DNA of 64,000 bases from Escherichia phage phT4A. The notes beneath the pieces were generated by a model, which made no database searches, was not told the origin of the DNA, and saw only the letters and a list, made by a program, of their open reading frames with translations. The translations under genes were made by a program, and so were the position numbers. Positions 28,502-38,591 of this stretch are shown one piece after another (within the stretch, counting starts at the first letter, position 1; every line of letters starts with the position of its first letter). The stretch lies in the sequence record NC_055712.1. One strand, 5' to 3'.

Positions 28502-29548
28502 ATGAGAAAGTACTTAATGATCGGGGATACACACGCTGGCTTGCGTCAGGACAACCCCTGGAATGAAGAAAACCTATACAATGTATTCGTGCAAATCGTA
28601 GAACACTGCAAAGCAAACGGCATTACCGAGGCTTTCCATGCTGGTGATTTCTTTGATGTGCGAAAGGCCACCACACAAACCACGATGAAATTCATTCGTG
28701 AACGTATTGTGCCATTACTGGAAGAAGCCGGATTACATATCTATGTTCTGGTTGGGAACCACGATTGCCAGTTTAAAGACAAGATCCGCCCTAACTCACC
28801 GCGAGAGATTCTTGATCAGTATGATTGCTTCACGGTTGTTGATGAACCGATGACAGTAAATCTTGATACTTCTCCGCTGCAATCAATCGATTTGATCCCG
28901 TGGATTTGTCAAGAAAATACACAGCAGATTTTTGATTTCATCAAAAAGTCAAAATCTCAATACTGCTTAGGACACTTTGAACTGTCCGGATACTATTTCT
29001 ATAAGAACAGTAAAGCGGATCATGGGCTTGAACCGGATTTCTTAAAGAAATATGATATCGTGTATTCAGGCCACTATCATCACGCTAACGAAGGCGCTAA
29101 CGTTTTCTATATCGGTACACCTCTTACCATGAGCGCGAACGATGAGGACGAAACCAGGGGCTTCTATGAGCTATCTTATGGCGACGGTAAACGTGAATTA
29201 ACTTTCATTGCTAACCCAGTATGCCACCATCGCCGGATCACCTATCCGGATCAAAAAGATGTTGATGTTGCCGATTACAAAAATTGCTCTGTTCGTTTGA
29301 TTGTTCGCGAAGTTGATAACGATTTGCCTAAGTTTCAAACAAAACTGGAAGAAACAGTTTATGAGTTGAACATTGTCGATCGTGTGATCACTGATTCAGA
29401 AGTTGATACTGATTTTGAAATCAAAAGTGTATCTGGATTGATTAGTGAGTACATCAACAACATGCAGATCACTCCAGAAGAAAAGACCGAAGTATCTGCA
29501 ATAATGAGTGCATTGTATGCAGAGGTTACGAGCAATGGAAATAGTTGA
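28502..29548 (+). CDS. 47: recombination endonuclease subunit (gp47, Mre11/SbcD-like)
   Basis: GDTHAG, GNHD phosphoesterase motifs; collinear with recalled T4 gp47. Confidence 0.85.
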   Translation: MRKYLMIGDTHAGLRQDNPWNEENLYNVFVQIVEHCKANGITEAFHAGDFFDVRKATTQTTMKFIRERIVPLLEEAGLHIYVLVGNHDCQFKDKIRPNSPREILDQYDCFTVVDEPMTVNLDTSPLQSIDLIPWICQENTQQIFDFIKKSKSQYCLGHFELSGYYFYKNSKADHGLEPDFLKKYDIVYSGHYHHANEGANVFYIGTPLTMSANDEDETRGFYELSYGDGKRELTFIANPVCHHRRITYPDQKDVDVADYKNCSVRLIVREVDNDLPKFQTKLEETVYELNIVDRVITDSEVDTDFEIKSVSGLISEYINNMQITPEEKTEVSAIMSALYAEVTSNGNS

Positions 29549-29822
29549 TTACGTTAATATTTTAAACGAAGAAGGGCGATATAAAGCCCTTTATAAAATG
29601 TTTGGATTTGATGTGATTGTTGCAGTACAGCAGGATTCCTATAACGAGTATGTGTCATTGGGGTTCACTCTGATTAAAGACAACTATCACGAAACAAAGG
29701 TTTGGACATTTACTGTCCTGAATAGCATGGATGAAGATTCCGTGATATACTGCTTTGATAGCACGATTACAAACATGATTAGTGATATATCCCAAAGGAT
29801 AATTGATGAAACTCAAATTTAA
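29534..29822 (+). CDS. hypothetical protein
   Basis: ORF between gp47 and gp46; start set at MEIVDY. Confidence 0.4.
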
Positions 29823-31497
29823 AACATTGACTTATCAAAATATCTTGTCGGTTGGTAACGTACCGATCGTCATTGATTTTGATTCAGCAAAGAAAACCCT
29901 CATTACGGGTAAAAACGGCGGTGGTAAATCCACCATGATCGAAGCGCTTACATATGCTCTCTTTGGTAAGTCATTTCGCGATCTGAAAGTCGGACAACTG
30001 GTGAACAGTATCAACAAGAAAAAATGTCTGGTTGAACTGTTGATCGAATACGGCAATGATGAATATAAAATCATCCGTGGACAAAAGCCGAAAGTATTTG
30101 AGATCTGGAAGAATGGCGAAAAACTGCCGGAAGATTCAGCCGCTGGTGATTATCAGTCACAGCTTGAATCAATGTTGAATATTAACCTGGTGGGCTTTAA
30201 ACAGGTTATCGTTCTGGGTACTGCTGGTTATGTACCTTTCATGGAACTAAAAACACCAGATCGCCGTAAACTGGTTGAAGATTTGTTGTCTTTGTCTATC
30301 ATCAGTGAAATGGACAAACTGAACAAATCATACATCCGTGGTGTTAACCGTGAACTGGATACGCTTTCAATGCAGATTGGACACGTACAACAGCAGATCA
30401 CAACACATCAAAAGTTCATTGACGAACAACGGGCAAAAGCAAATCAGAATACGGCGCGTTACCAGGATATCTACGATTCCCACGTAGAAACAGCAAAACA
30501 GATTAAAGCGCAATTAGTTGAACTTCAAACCCAGATCGCAGAATGTGTGATCAATGGTGAAGACCAAACAGCAAATATTCAAAAACTGCGTGATGGCTAT
30601 ACACGCCTCTCAATGAACGTAGAACAGTTGCAGCGTCTTGAGGTGATGTATCGCAAGGGTGGTGAATGTCCGGCCTGTAAACAGCCAATTAGCCCCACTC
30701 CTGAACGCATGGAAGAAATTGCCGAGAACATTAAAAACGGTACTCAGAAACTTACGCTGATTAAGAACAAGCAAGATCAGCTACAGAAAATCATGGATGA
30801 TTTACTAACACAACAACGTACACTAAATGGGCTGAAATCCAAATACGAATCACTACGCGGTACACTTCAAAATGAAGTTGCAGCGGCTAAACGTGTTCGG
30901 GCTGTCATGGATAAAGCACAGGAAGACGTGGTGATCGACGAATCCCCAGTTGAAAAACTCCGTGAAGATGAAAAGGAACTTGATTCTAAACGTTCTGGAT
31001 TTGTCAAGGAAAAATATTTTAGAGGTATTGTTACGGATCTGCTGAAAGATTCCGGCGTTAAAGCGAGCATCGTTAAACGTTATATTCCTTACTTCAATAA
31101 ACAGATTGCGTACTATCTGGATCTGTTGGGTGCTGATTATCAGTTCACTCTGGATGACGAATTTAACGAATCGATTAAATCGCTGGGTCGTAATGATTTT
31201 AGTTACGCATCGTTCAGTCAAGGCGAAAGAGCACGTATTAACCTTGCTTTATTGTTCACCTGGCGCGATGTAACCAGTAAAATTTCTGGTGTTGATTTAT
31301 CCCTTCTGATCCTGGATGAAGTGTACGATGGTGCAATTGATCGTGATGGTAGTTTTGCTGTAAAAGCACTATTGGATGGGATAAATGGTAACGTAATTGT
31401 TATCAGTCATCAGGATTTGGATCCGGAAGATTTCGACCGACATATTGTTATGTCAAAAGTCGGTCGATTCTCTAAAATGGAAGTTAAGAAGTCTTAA
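29803..31497 (+). CDS. 46: recombination endonuclease subunit (gp46, Rad50/SbcC-like ATPase)
   Basis: 564 aa; Walker A GKNGGGKST, coiled-coil middle, signature/Walker B at C-terminus. Confidence 0.9.
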   Translation: MMKLKFKTLTYQNILSVGNVPIVIDFDSAKKTLITGKNGGGKSTMIEALTYALFGKSFRDLKVGQLVNSINKKKCLVELLIEYGNDEYKIIRGQKPKVFEIWKNGEKLPEDSAAGDYQSQLESMLNINLVGFKQVIVLGTAGYVPFMELKTPDRRKLVEDLLSLSIISEMDKLNKSYIRGVNRELDTLSMQIGHVQQQITTHQKFIDEQRAKANQNTARYQDIYDSHVETAKQIKAQLVELQTQIAECVINGEDQTANIQKLRDGYTRLSMNVEQLQRLEVMYRKGGECPACKQPISPTPERMEEIAENIKNGTQKLTLIKNKQDQLQKIMDDLLTQQRTLNGLKSKYESLRGTLQNEVAAAKRVRAVMDKAQEDVVIDESPVEKLREDEKELDSKRSGFVKEKYFRGIVTDLLKDSGVKASIVKRYIPYFNKQIAYYLDLLGADYQFTLDDEFNESIKSLGRNDFSYASFSQGERARINLALLFTWRDVTSKISGVDLSLLILDEVYDGAIDRDGSFAVKALLDGINGNVIVISHQDLDPEDFDRHIVMSKVGRFSKMEVKKS

Positions 31498-32209
31498 ACT
31501 TGCAGTTATCAAAATGCCAGCGATTCATATTGCTGGCATCACCAGATTTATTGCAATATGGACAAATCAACTGCTTCCTTTTTGCTGGCGTCTTTCTATT
31601 TGGGTTATTTCTGCAATACGGTATATGTGAACGCAGATAATGTAATGACGATTCTGTTCCGCAATATGGACAATTGCCCCGTTCTTTAGGTACGTTTCCG
31701 TTCTTATGGGAACACGGGATACCCTCGAACTTATGTTTCAATCCTTCATTACCTGGTTTCAGTTTGCAGTTGTCGAAGTGCCAACGAGTCATATTTCCAA
31801 TTATACCTGATTTTCCGCAATGAGGACACACAACCCTTTCTTGTTGCTTTTTGGCTTTACTCATTCGCTGTCTGGTTTCTTCGGTGAACTCTCTATTCCT
31901 ATGTGCTTCTGACGCCTTTTTCTTTAACCATTCATAGCGGCGGTTAGCTGTTCTTTCCTTTGATCTATTGGAACCAACTGTTAACATATGTGCTGCAAAA
32001 ACAAGTTTGTTGTTTCCTGGGTACATCTTGACTAATAACAGATGCGCAATATAATGTTGACGCGCTGTAAGATTAACCAAATTATCATCAGAATCTGTTC
32101 CACCTATGCACTTAGGTATGATATGGTGTGATTCTGTATATCCATCATACTGCGTTTGTTTAGCATGTTCTATGATAGAGTTATAAATTTTGTTATAGTT
32201 CATAAACAT
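31484..32209 (-). CDS. freestanding HNH homing endonuclease with C-terminal zinc-finger repeats
   Basis: HHIIPKCIGGTDSDDNLVNLTARQHYIAH; repeated CP.CxKSG...RWHFDNCK modules; paralog of 9556-10215. Confidence 0.8.
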   Translation of the reverse strand: MFMNYNKIYNSIIEHAKQTQYDGYTESHHIIPKCIGGTDSDDNLVNLTARQHYIAHLLLVKMYPGNNKLVFAAHMLTVGSNRSKERTANRRYEWLKKKASEAHRNREFTEETRQRMSKAKKQQERVVCPHCGKSGIIGNMTRWHFDNCKLKPGNEGLKHKFEGIPCSHKNGNVPKERGNCPYCGTESSLHYLRSHIPYCRNNPNRKTPAKRKQLICPYCNKSGDASNMNRWHFDNCKFKTS

Positions 32210-32259
32210 ATCTCTTGTTTGATGGGCCGTTAGATACCCCTATTTAAGAGGATGAAATT

Positions 32260-32454
32260 ATGTTATTAGAAAAATCTTTTGAATTAGAAACCGCTCCGGA
32301 AATAGAGCGGTTTTATCTCCACAACAATTTTCTTGAAGAAAAACATATAGTTACTATGAAAGATGTTGAAGAAGCATTCAAAGATAACCCTATAGAGTTG
32401 ACGCGAATCAAGAACAACAAAAGTTCTGTTTGGTTCCTCGAAAAAATCTATTGA
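32260..32454 (+). CDS. hypothetical protein
   Basis: 64 aa; SD AAGAGGA. Confidence 0.4.
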   Translation: MLLEKSFELETAPEIERFYLHNNFLEEKHIVTMKDVEEAFKDNPIELTRIKNNKSSVWFLEKIY

Positions 32455-32527
32455 CCGAAATCCATAAATACAGTAAAGTAGCCCATGTAACGAAACGTGG
32501 GCTTTGTTTTTATTTGAGGAACAATAA

Positions 32528-34237
32528 ATGATCACCGAATCCAAAATGACTTATCAGGAAGCACTGAAAGTTTTGGGCGCAACTGGTAGCGAAACCAGCG
32601 CTGAAATGTCCAGACTCTTCAAACGTGCATCCTTACGCAATCACCCCGACCGTGGTGGTAGCAATGAATTAATGCAGAAAATCAACCAGGCTTACGATGT
32701 CGTTACAAAAACTGGGCCTAGTGGCGCACGTTCTGAGACTGCTGGTGATGTTCGAGCACGTTATGCCCGTCAAAAGAAAGAATGGGAAGAAAAAGTTGAT
32801 GCTTACTTTGTAGTGGCGAAAAACTATTTCAGCACCAAATTTAACGCACAGGAATTTGCGGATTACTTCACCAAATACACTGGATTGCCTACCACTTTCA
32901 AACAGGAAGTAACAAAAGGTAGTCACGGTGTTTATGCTTCGTTCCGTTTCACTTCTGGTGATGCTTACTTTGATTTCGGTTTCAACTGCACCCCTCCGAA
33001 TGGACAAGGGTTAGCCGCTCCGGATTCATCTGCACTGGGTAGCGTTTCTGTTAGTACCTTTGTACTGGTTGGAACTAAAAAACACAAAATGGCAAGCCGT
33101 GATTATCAATGGGGCAAAAACCCGGATAAGATCACTCCGGAAAGCCTGTTCCCGTCTAAAAAACTGGAAAGCATTTTCAGCCCTGTACAGAAAAATATCA
33201 AATACAAACGTGCTGACTACCTGGCATCATTCCGTAAGCTGTTAGGCGCTGACGTTAGCGGAAACGATATCTTTGTTGAAGTTGGTACACTGAAAGTTCG
33301 TTTCTATCGTCACGTATTCATGCGCAAAGGTGCTTATGTGTTTAGCGCGGTGTATGATCCTGCTGTATCGAAGTATCGTCCGGCTGCACAACTTCGCGGA
33401 ACCATGTTCGAAGACGAGGACGGCGCTTGCCTGGATATGATCGTTGATACGTTCAAAGAGTTGCAGAAACTGAAACCGAGTGTTCAAGGCGTTGTGAACG
33501 CGATCGATAAGATGAACGCAGAGTTTGCGGCGGGGCATCGTTCAGCATCTTTTGTTAAACGTGTAGCTGCTCAGGAAGCCGCACCGAAGCCAGAAGAGAA
33601 GCCAAAACGCACTGTTAATCGTATCGGTAAAGAGGAATATTTCGCAGCACTAAAAGATATTGGTGCTCGTGTAATGCCTACCAGCGGTTATGTTGAATTT
33701 GATAACGGCGCTGGTGTTACTATCAACTTCAAGCGTATTGTTGTAAACCGTAAAGCATACTACTCATTCAGTAGCTTTGATTTCACGTACTCTGGTCAGA
33801 AACACATTGAGTGGTTGAAAGGAATCGATATCGCAGAAGATACCAAAGGCGCAAGCATTAGCCTACTCACTGATACTCTGAAATCTTTACGTGGGATCTC
33901 TGACTGGAACACTGTTAAGAGCGCTTTAGATCAAATGAATTCTAACTTCAAGGCGGGTAAATTCTCCGCACCTCATGTGAAGAAGGAAGCAGAGCAAAAA
34001 GCACCGAAACAGAAAGACGAAATCGGCGCACAGCCTACCAAACCACAGGCGGCTAAGAAAGATACACCAGAAGTGGAAAAATCACAGGCTGTTCATGCAG
34101 CACGTGAGAAAGCGAATATGAACAACACTATTCGTAAAATGATGACTATGTTAGTCAAAGCACAGCGCAAAGACACTCCGGAAGATATCAAGAAGGAAGT
34201 TGATGCAGCAATTCAATTGTGGCGCTTGACTTATTAA
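32528..34237 (+). CDS. J-domain (DnaJ-like) protein with internally repeated C-terminal modules
   Basis: N-terminal J-domain with HPD motif (LRNHPDRGG...QKINQAYDVV); two or three related ~130-aa modules; host-optimal codons. Confidence 0.8.
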   Translation: MITESKMTYQEALKVLGATGSETSAEMSRLFKRASLRNHPDRGGSNELMQKINQAYDVVTKTGPSGARSETAGDVRARYARQKKEWEEKVDAYFVVAKNYFSTKFNAQEFADYFTKYTGLPTTFKQEVTKGSHGVYASFRFTSGDAYFDFGFNCTPPNGQGLAAPDSSALGSVSVSTFVLVGTKKHKMASRDYQWGKNPDKITPESLFPSKKLESIFSPVQKNIKYKRADYLASFRKLLGADVSGNDIFVEVGTLKVRFYRHVFMRKGAYVFSAVYDPAVSKYRPAAQLRGTMFEDEDGACLDMIVDTFKELQKLKPSVQGVVNAIDKMNAEFAAGHRSASFVKRVAAQEAAPKPEEKPKRTVNRIGKEEYFAALKDIGARVMPTSGYVEFDNGAGVTINFKRIVVNRKAYYSFSSFDFTYSGQKHIEWLKGIDIAEDTKGASISLLTDTLKSLRGISDWNTVKSALDQMNSNFKAGKFSAPHVKKEAEQKAPKQKDEIGAQPTKPQAAKKDTPEVEKSQAVHAAREKANMNNTIRKMMTMLVKAQRKDTPEDIKKEVDAAIQLWRLTY

Positions 34238-34253
34238 TCAAATGAACTATAAT

Positions 34254-34284
34254 GGGAACTGTTAACGCAGTTCCCTTTTTATTT
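34254..34284 (+). terminator. Rho-independent terminator (GGGAACTG-loop-CAGTTCCC then T-run)
   Basis: Perfect 8-bp stem followed by TTTTTATTT. Confidence 0.55.
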
Positions 34285-34296
34285 GAGGAAAATATT

Positions 34297-34587
34297 ATGA
34301 GTTGTCCAACATGGTTACGTTTGGAAAATCTGAAAGAAGGTACACAAAAACGGATTTATATTAATCTTGGTTGGGTTCCTCCTACCGATTTTCAAATGGC
34401 TGAGATTTTAATCAATGCTGTTAAAGAAGTAAGCGACACTTACGAATGGGAAAGGCTCTATTTTCCTTTGATTGGTTTGTATATGACGCGAAATAAATTT
34501 GAAGAAATGAAACTTGCTGTTATTCGCGCTACGATTATTAATTCCCAACAAAGATTTACTTTGAAAAATGCATGGAGTTCTGAATGA
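34297..34587 (+). CDS. hypothetical protein
   Basis: SD GAGGA; start at MSCPTWLR. Confidence 0.45.
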   Translation: MSCPTWLRLENLKEGTQKRIYINLGWVPPTDFQMAEILINAVKEVSDTYEWERLYFPLIGLYMTRNKFEEMKLAVIRATIINSQQRFTLKNAWSSE

Positions 34588-34814
34588 TTATTCAAGTATC
34601 TGTACAGGGTGACACTCTGACTGTCACCGAATCCATCAATACCGCTCTTGCTGTATGTCGTGACCATATCTCACAAAATCCTCCAGTGACTGAGATCCTG
34701 GAAATTGATGTTTGGGATCAGATTGGGATGATCGACGCATCATATGGATTTACCCCGCGAGATGAAGAACTATCTCGTATCGAATCATGGCTGAATGAAC
34801 AGGAAACGGAATGA
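34584..34814 (+). CDS. hypothetical protein
   Basis: 76 aa, ATGA overlap. Confidence 0.45.
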   Translation: MIIQVSVQGDTLTVTESINTALAVCRDHISQNPPVTEILEIDVWDQIGMIDASYGFTPRDEELSRIESWLNEQETE

Positions 34815-35068
34815 AACTCCCTAAGAACACAACACTACTAACCCGCGAAAAACTTCACTCTGTTGATTGGTGTCCTCTGGATATCATGATTTTTGATATT
34901 GAATCTCGCGTGATCAATGCAAAATATCAGGGGTGTAGTATTTTCTCTGTTGAATTCGAGAAGATTCGCGGGTATGATGAGAAGTACAAAGAAAAACTGA
35001 AAGTTATGATTGAAGCATTGGGCTATATTGTAACTGTTGAAGACAATAAAATGTGGATCGCAATATGA
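34811..35068 (+). CDS. hypothetical protein
   Basis: 85 aa, ATGA overlap. Confidence 0.45.
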   Translation: MKLPKNTTLLTREKLHSVDWCPLDIMIFDIESRVINAKYQGCSIFSVEFEKIRGYDEKYKEKLKVMIEALGYIVTVEDNKMWIAI

Positions 35069-35643
35069 GCATAGTAAAAGCGGTGTTTGCATTGGGGCAC
35101 GATATCTACCACGATGATTTCGCTTTTGGATATCAGCAAGGCTTGCCGTGGGGCCACTGTAAAGAAGATTTACAGAACTTCAAAGAAGAAACCGCCGATA
35201 GCGTTCTGATTATGGGTGCAAATACGTTTACCTCTCTTCCGGGTAAATTGCCTGGTAGAATTCATTGCGTTCTGTCTGGTTCCGGTAGTTTTTTGAAAAC
35301 CAAAAAAGGCGAGGTTGCTGATTACGTGATCCACGGTGGCGGGTTGTCTGCTGCTATTGGTACAATGCAAGCAACACACCCAGATAAAAATGTGTGTGTC
35401 ATTGGTGGTAAGGGGTTGCTTTTAGATTCAATCAATAATAAAATGGTTGATGAAGTAGTTTTGACACACATTTACGGACATCATGTATATAATGCCCCCG
35501 CATTTAAACGCGATGTTTCGTTTACTGCTTCTGAATTGGGTGATGCATTGTTAAAATATGAATTTTCTGATTTCGAAACTCAGTACATCAAAGAACATGA
35601 ACGCATTGAAAAAATCATAGTCGATCGATATAAAAAGGTATAA
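35065..35643 (+). CDS. frd: dihydrofolate reductase (Frd)
   Basis: GLPW motif, DHFR-like length; start at ATG 35065 overlapping upstream stop. Confidence 0.75.
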   Translation: MSIVKAVFALGHDIYHDDFAFGYQQGLPWGHCKEDLQNFKEETADSVLIMGANTFTSLPGKLPGRIHCVLSGSGSFLKTKKGEVADYVIHGGGLSAAIGTMQATHPDKNVCVIGGKGLLLDSINNKMVDEVVLTHIYGHHVYNAPAFKRDVSFTASELGDALLKYEFSDFETQYIKEHERIEKIIVDRYKKV

Positions 35644-35644
35644 A

Positions 35645-36520
35645 ATGAAACAATATCTGGATATTATTAAACTTGTACTTGATAACGGTGTTGAATCAAC
35701 TGATCGCACTGGTGTAGGTACTATTCGTATTTTCGGCGCACAAGCCCGATGGGATCTAAACAGAGGTTTCCCAGCAACTACCTGTAAAAAACTATTCTTC
35801 AAACCGTGCAAGCATGAATTGCAATGGTTCCTGTCCGGTTCAACCAACGTTGAAGAACTTCGCCGGATGACCTGGGGTGAAAATAGCGATAAGCGCACAA
35901 TCTGGGATGATAACTATGAAAAACAAGCTATTGATTTAGGATATGATTCTGGTTATCTGGGGCCAATCTACGGTCATCAATGGCGTTCGTTTGGTTCTCT
36001 TTATGGGGATGATGATAGTTATTATGGCGGTTGTGGTGTTGATCAGATTGCAAAAGTCATCGAACAACTGAAATCAACTCCAGACGATCGCGGGATCATC
36101 GTTTCTGCCTGGAACCCTGTTGATCTTGATGATATGGCTCTGCGTCCGTGTCACTGTTTCTTCCAGTTCGTTGTAATCAACGGTAAACTGTCTCTACAGT
36201 GGTATCAGCGTTCAGTTGATGTCTTCTTAGGGTTGCCGTTCAATATCGCCTCCTATGCTCTCCTGACGCATATTATCGCTGATATTTGCGGGTACGAAGT
36301 GGGCGATCTGGTTTGGACTGGTGGTGATGTCCATATCTATAAAAATGCGGTTGAACAGGCAAAAGAACTTTTACAGCCTAACCGTTCACCAATGCCATTA
36401 CCGATTCTAAAAATGCCGAAGGTAAATAGCTTACTTGATTTAGATCAAGAATTCTTTGACTCGATAACCTTAGAAGGGTATCATAATCACGGCTCTCTAA
36501 AAGCTGAAATGGCAGTATGA
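35645..36520 (+). CDS. td: thymidylate synthase (Td)
   Basis: 291 aa; collinear with recalled T4 Td incl. DRTGVGT, SAWNP, RPCH, WYQRSVDVFLGLPFNIASYALL. Confidence 0.9.
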   Translation: MKQYLDIIKLVLDNGVESTDRTGVGTIRIFGAQARWDLNRGFPATTCKKLFFKPCKHELQWFLSGSTNVEELRRMTWGENSDKRTIWDDNYEKQAIDLGYDSGYLGPIYGHQWRSFGSLYGDDDSYYGGCGVDQIAKVIEQLKSTPDDRGIIVSAWNPVDLDDMALRPCHCFFQFVVINGKLSLQWYQRSVDVFLGLPFNIASYALLTHIIADICGYEVGDLVWTGGDVHIYKNAVEQAKELLQPNRSPMPLPILKMPKVNSLLDLDQEFFDSITLEGYHNHGSLKAEMAV

Positions 36521-36559
36521 AAAATGGGGCTTCGGCCCCTTTCTTAACAAGGTAAGAGA

Positions 36560-38054
36560 ATGAATGACATTAAAGTAGTAGTAAAATCCTCTGGTGTACG
36601 CCAGCCGTTTGACAAAGAAAAAATATACAAAGTGCTCAAGTGGGCCTGTGATGGTCATAATATCGATGTTCGTGCATTCCTTGAAAATGTATTAGAACTG
36701 ATCCGCGATGGTATGACTACCAAACAAATTCAACGTATCGCTATCAAGTATGCAGCAGATCATATTTCTGTTAAAGAACCGGATTGGCAATACGTAGCAT
36801 CGAATCTTGAAATGTTTGCATTGCGTAAAGACGTTTACGGTCAGTTCGATCCTATCCCGTTCTACGATCACATCGTTAAAATGGTTGAAGCGGGGAAATA
36901 CGATAAAGAGATCCTGGAAAAATACAGCAAGCAAGATATTCAAGTTTTCGAACGTGCAATTGATCATGATAAGGATTTTGAATTTTCGTATGCTGGTTCC
37001 CAACAGTTAATCGGGAAATATCTGGTTCAGGATCGCGATACTGGCGAAATCTTTGAAACCCCTCAGTATGCGTTTATGCTTATTGCGATGTGTCTGCATC
37101 AGGAAGAAACTGGGTTAGCACAGGTTACGCATATCGTTGATTTTTATAACGCAATTTCCGATCGCAAACTGTCTCTACCGACTCCAATTATGGCGGGTGT
37201 ACGTACTCCTACGCGCCAGTTCTCCAGTTGTGTAGTAATTGAATCGGGTGATTCTCTTGGTTCTCTTAACGCTGTAACCTCTGCGATCGTGAAGTATATT
37301 TCACAACGTGCTGGTATTGGGGTTAACGCGGGACATATTCGCGCAATGGGTTCTAAAATCCGTGGTGGTGAAGCTGTTCATACTGGTGTGATTCCTTTCT
37401 GGAAACATATTCAAACCGCTGTTAAATCCTGTTCACAGGGTGGCGTTCGTGGTGGTGCTGCAACACTGTATTATCCTTTCTGGCATCTGGAAGTTGAAAA
37501 CCTTCTGGTGTTGAAGAACAACAAAGGCGTAGAAGAAAACCGCGTTCGTCATCTTGATTATGGTGTACAGCTTAACCAGTTGATGTATAAACGCTTAATG
37601 AATCGTGATTACATTACGCTGTTTAGTCCGGATGTTGCTAACGATCGTCTGTATGATCTGTTCTATGAAGCTGATCAGACTGCATTTGAAGAACTGTATG
37701 AAAGCCTGGAAAAAGATCCAACTGTTCGTAAGAAACGCATCAAAGCGGTTGACCTGTTCCAACTTTTAGCACAGGAACGCGCACAGACAGGACGCAAATA
37801 CATTTTCAACACTCATCACGTCAACCAACAGGGTAGTTTTACGGTTCCTGTCCGTATGTCTAACCTGTGTTGTGAGATTGCGATCCCAACGTCGCCGCTG
37901 GATGACGATGATAAAATGGCTGGTGAAATCGGATTGTGTACGCTAATGGCTATCGTTCTGGATAACGCTGATATCAGCGAATTCCCGAAACTCACGCGTA
38001 TTGCAGTACGTGCGCTTGTATAACCTGTTGGATTACCGTAACTACCCTGTAAAA
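36560..38054 (+). CDS. nrdA: ribonucleotide reductase alpha subunit (NrdA), interrupted by +1 frameshift at ~38018 and truncated by gap
   Basis: ATP-cone N-terminus, active-site NLCCEI; in-frame stop 38021-38023 but +1 frame continues YNLLDYRNYP as expected for NrdA. Confidence 0.85.
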
Positions 38055-38154
38055 NNNNNNNNNNNNNNNNNNNNNNNNNNNNNNNNNNNNNNNNNNNNNN
38101 NNNNNNNNNNNNNNNNNNNNNNNNNNNNNNNNNNNNNNNNNNNNNNNNNNNNNN
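38055..38154. other. assembly gap (100 N), true length unknown
   Basis: Run of N; roughly the C-terminal third of NrdA (and possibly further genes such as nrdB) is missing. Confidence 0.9.
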
Positions 38155-38284
38155 GCATGTGGTTAATGTTTTGTGTGGTAAGAAAAGATCACTTGACTTT
38201 TTGGATATATAAATGTATGAAAATCTGAATTCAACTTAACCCTTGATAAATGTGGTCGCATCGATCGAAGTTTTTGTTTAAAGT

Positions 38285-38591
38285 GTGGGTGAACTTAGGC
38301 ATTGTGTTTATTTTTATTGCAAATTAAACGATGAAATAGTATATGTTGGTAAATGTCGGGGATATGTGGAAGCGTTTAGACACATATCGCAATGCAAAGT
38401 ATTGGAGAGAAGCCAACCCCAGCAACATCTTAAAAACGTGTCGATTGGAAATGGCTATCAAAAAACGAAAAACTGTGAAACTTATCGTGACTACTCACGA
38501 TGAAAATACATATCATGATTATGAAATCAACATGATACGAAAATACAACCCTGAATGGAATAAACAGCACTATGACAAAGGCACAAACTAA
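38285..38591 (+). CDS. small GIY-YIG nuclease-domain protein, frameshifted at G-run 38358-38361
   Basis: VYFYCKLNDEIVYVGK (GIY...YVG) in one frame, continuing DMWKRLDTYRN...E...N in +1 frame. Confidence 0.5.

Noticed and set aside
30853-31221. 122-aa minus-strand ORF inside gp46
   Set aside because: Antisense shadow of the Rad50-like gene.
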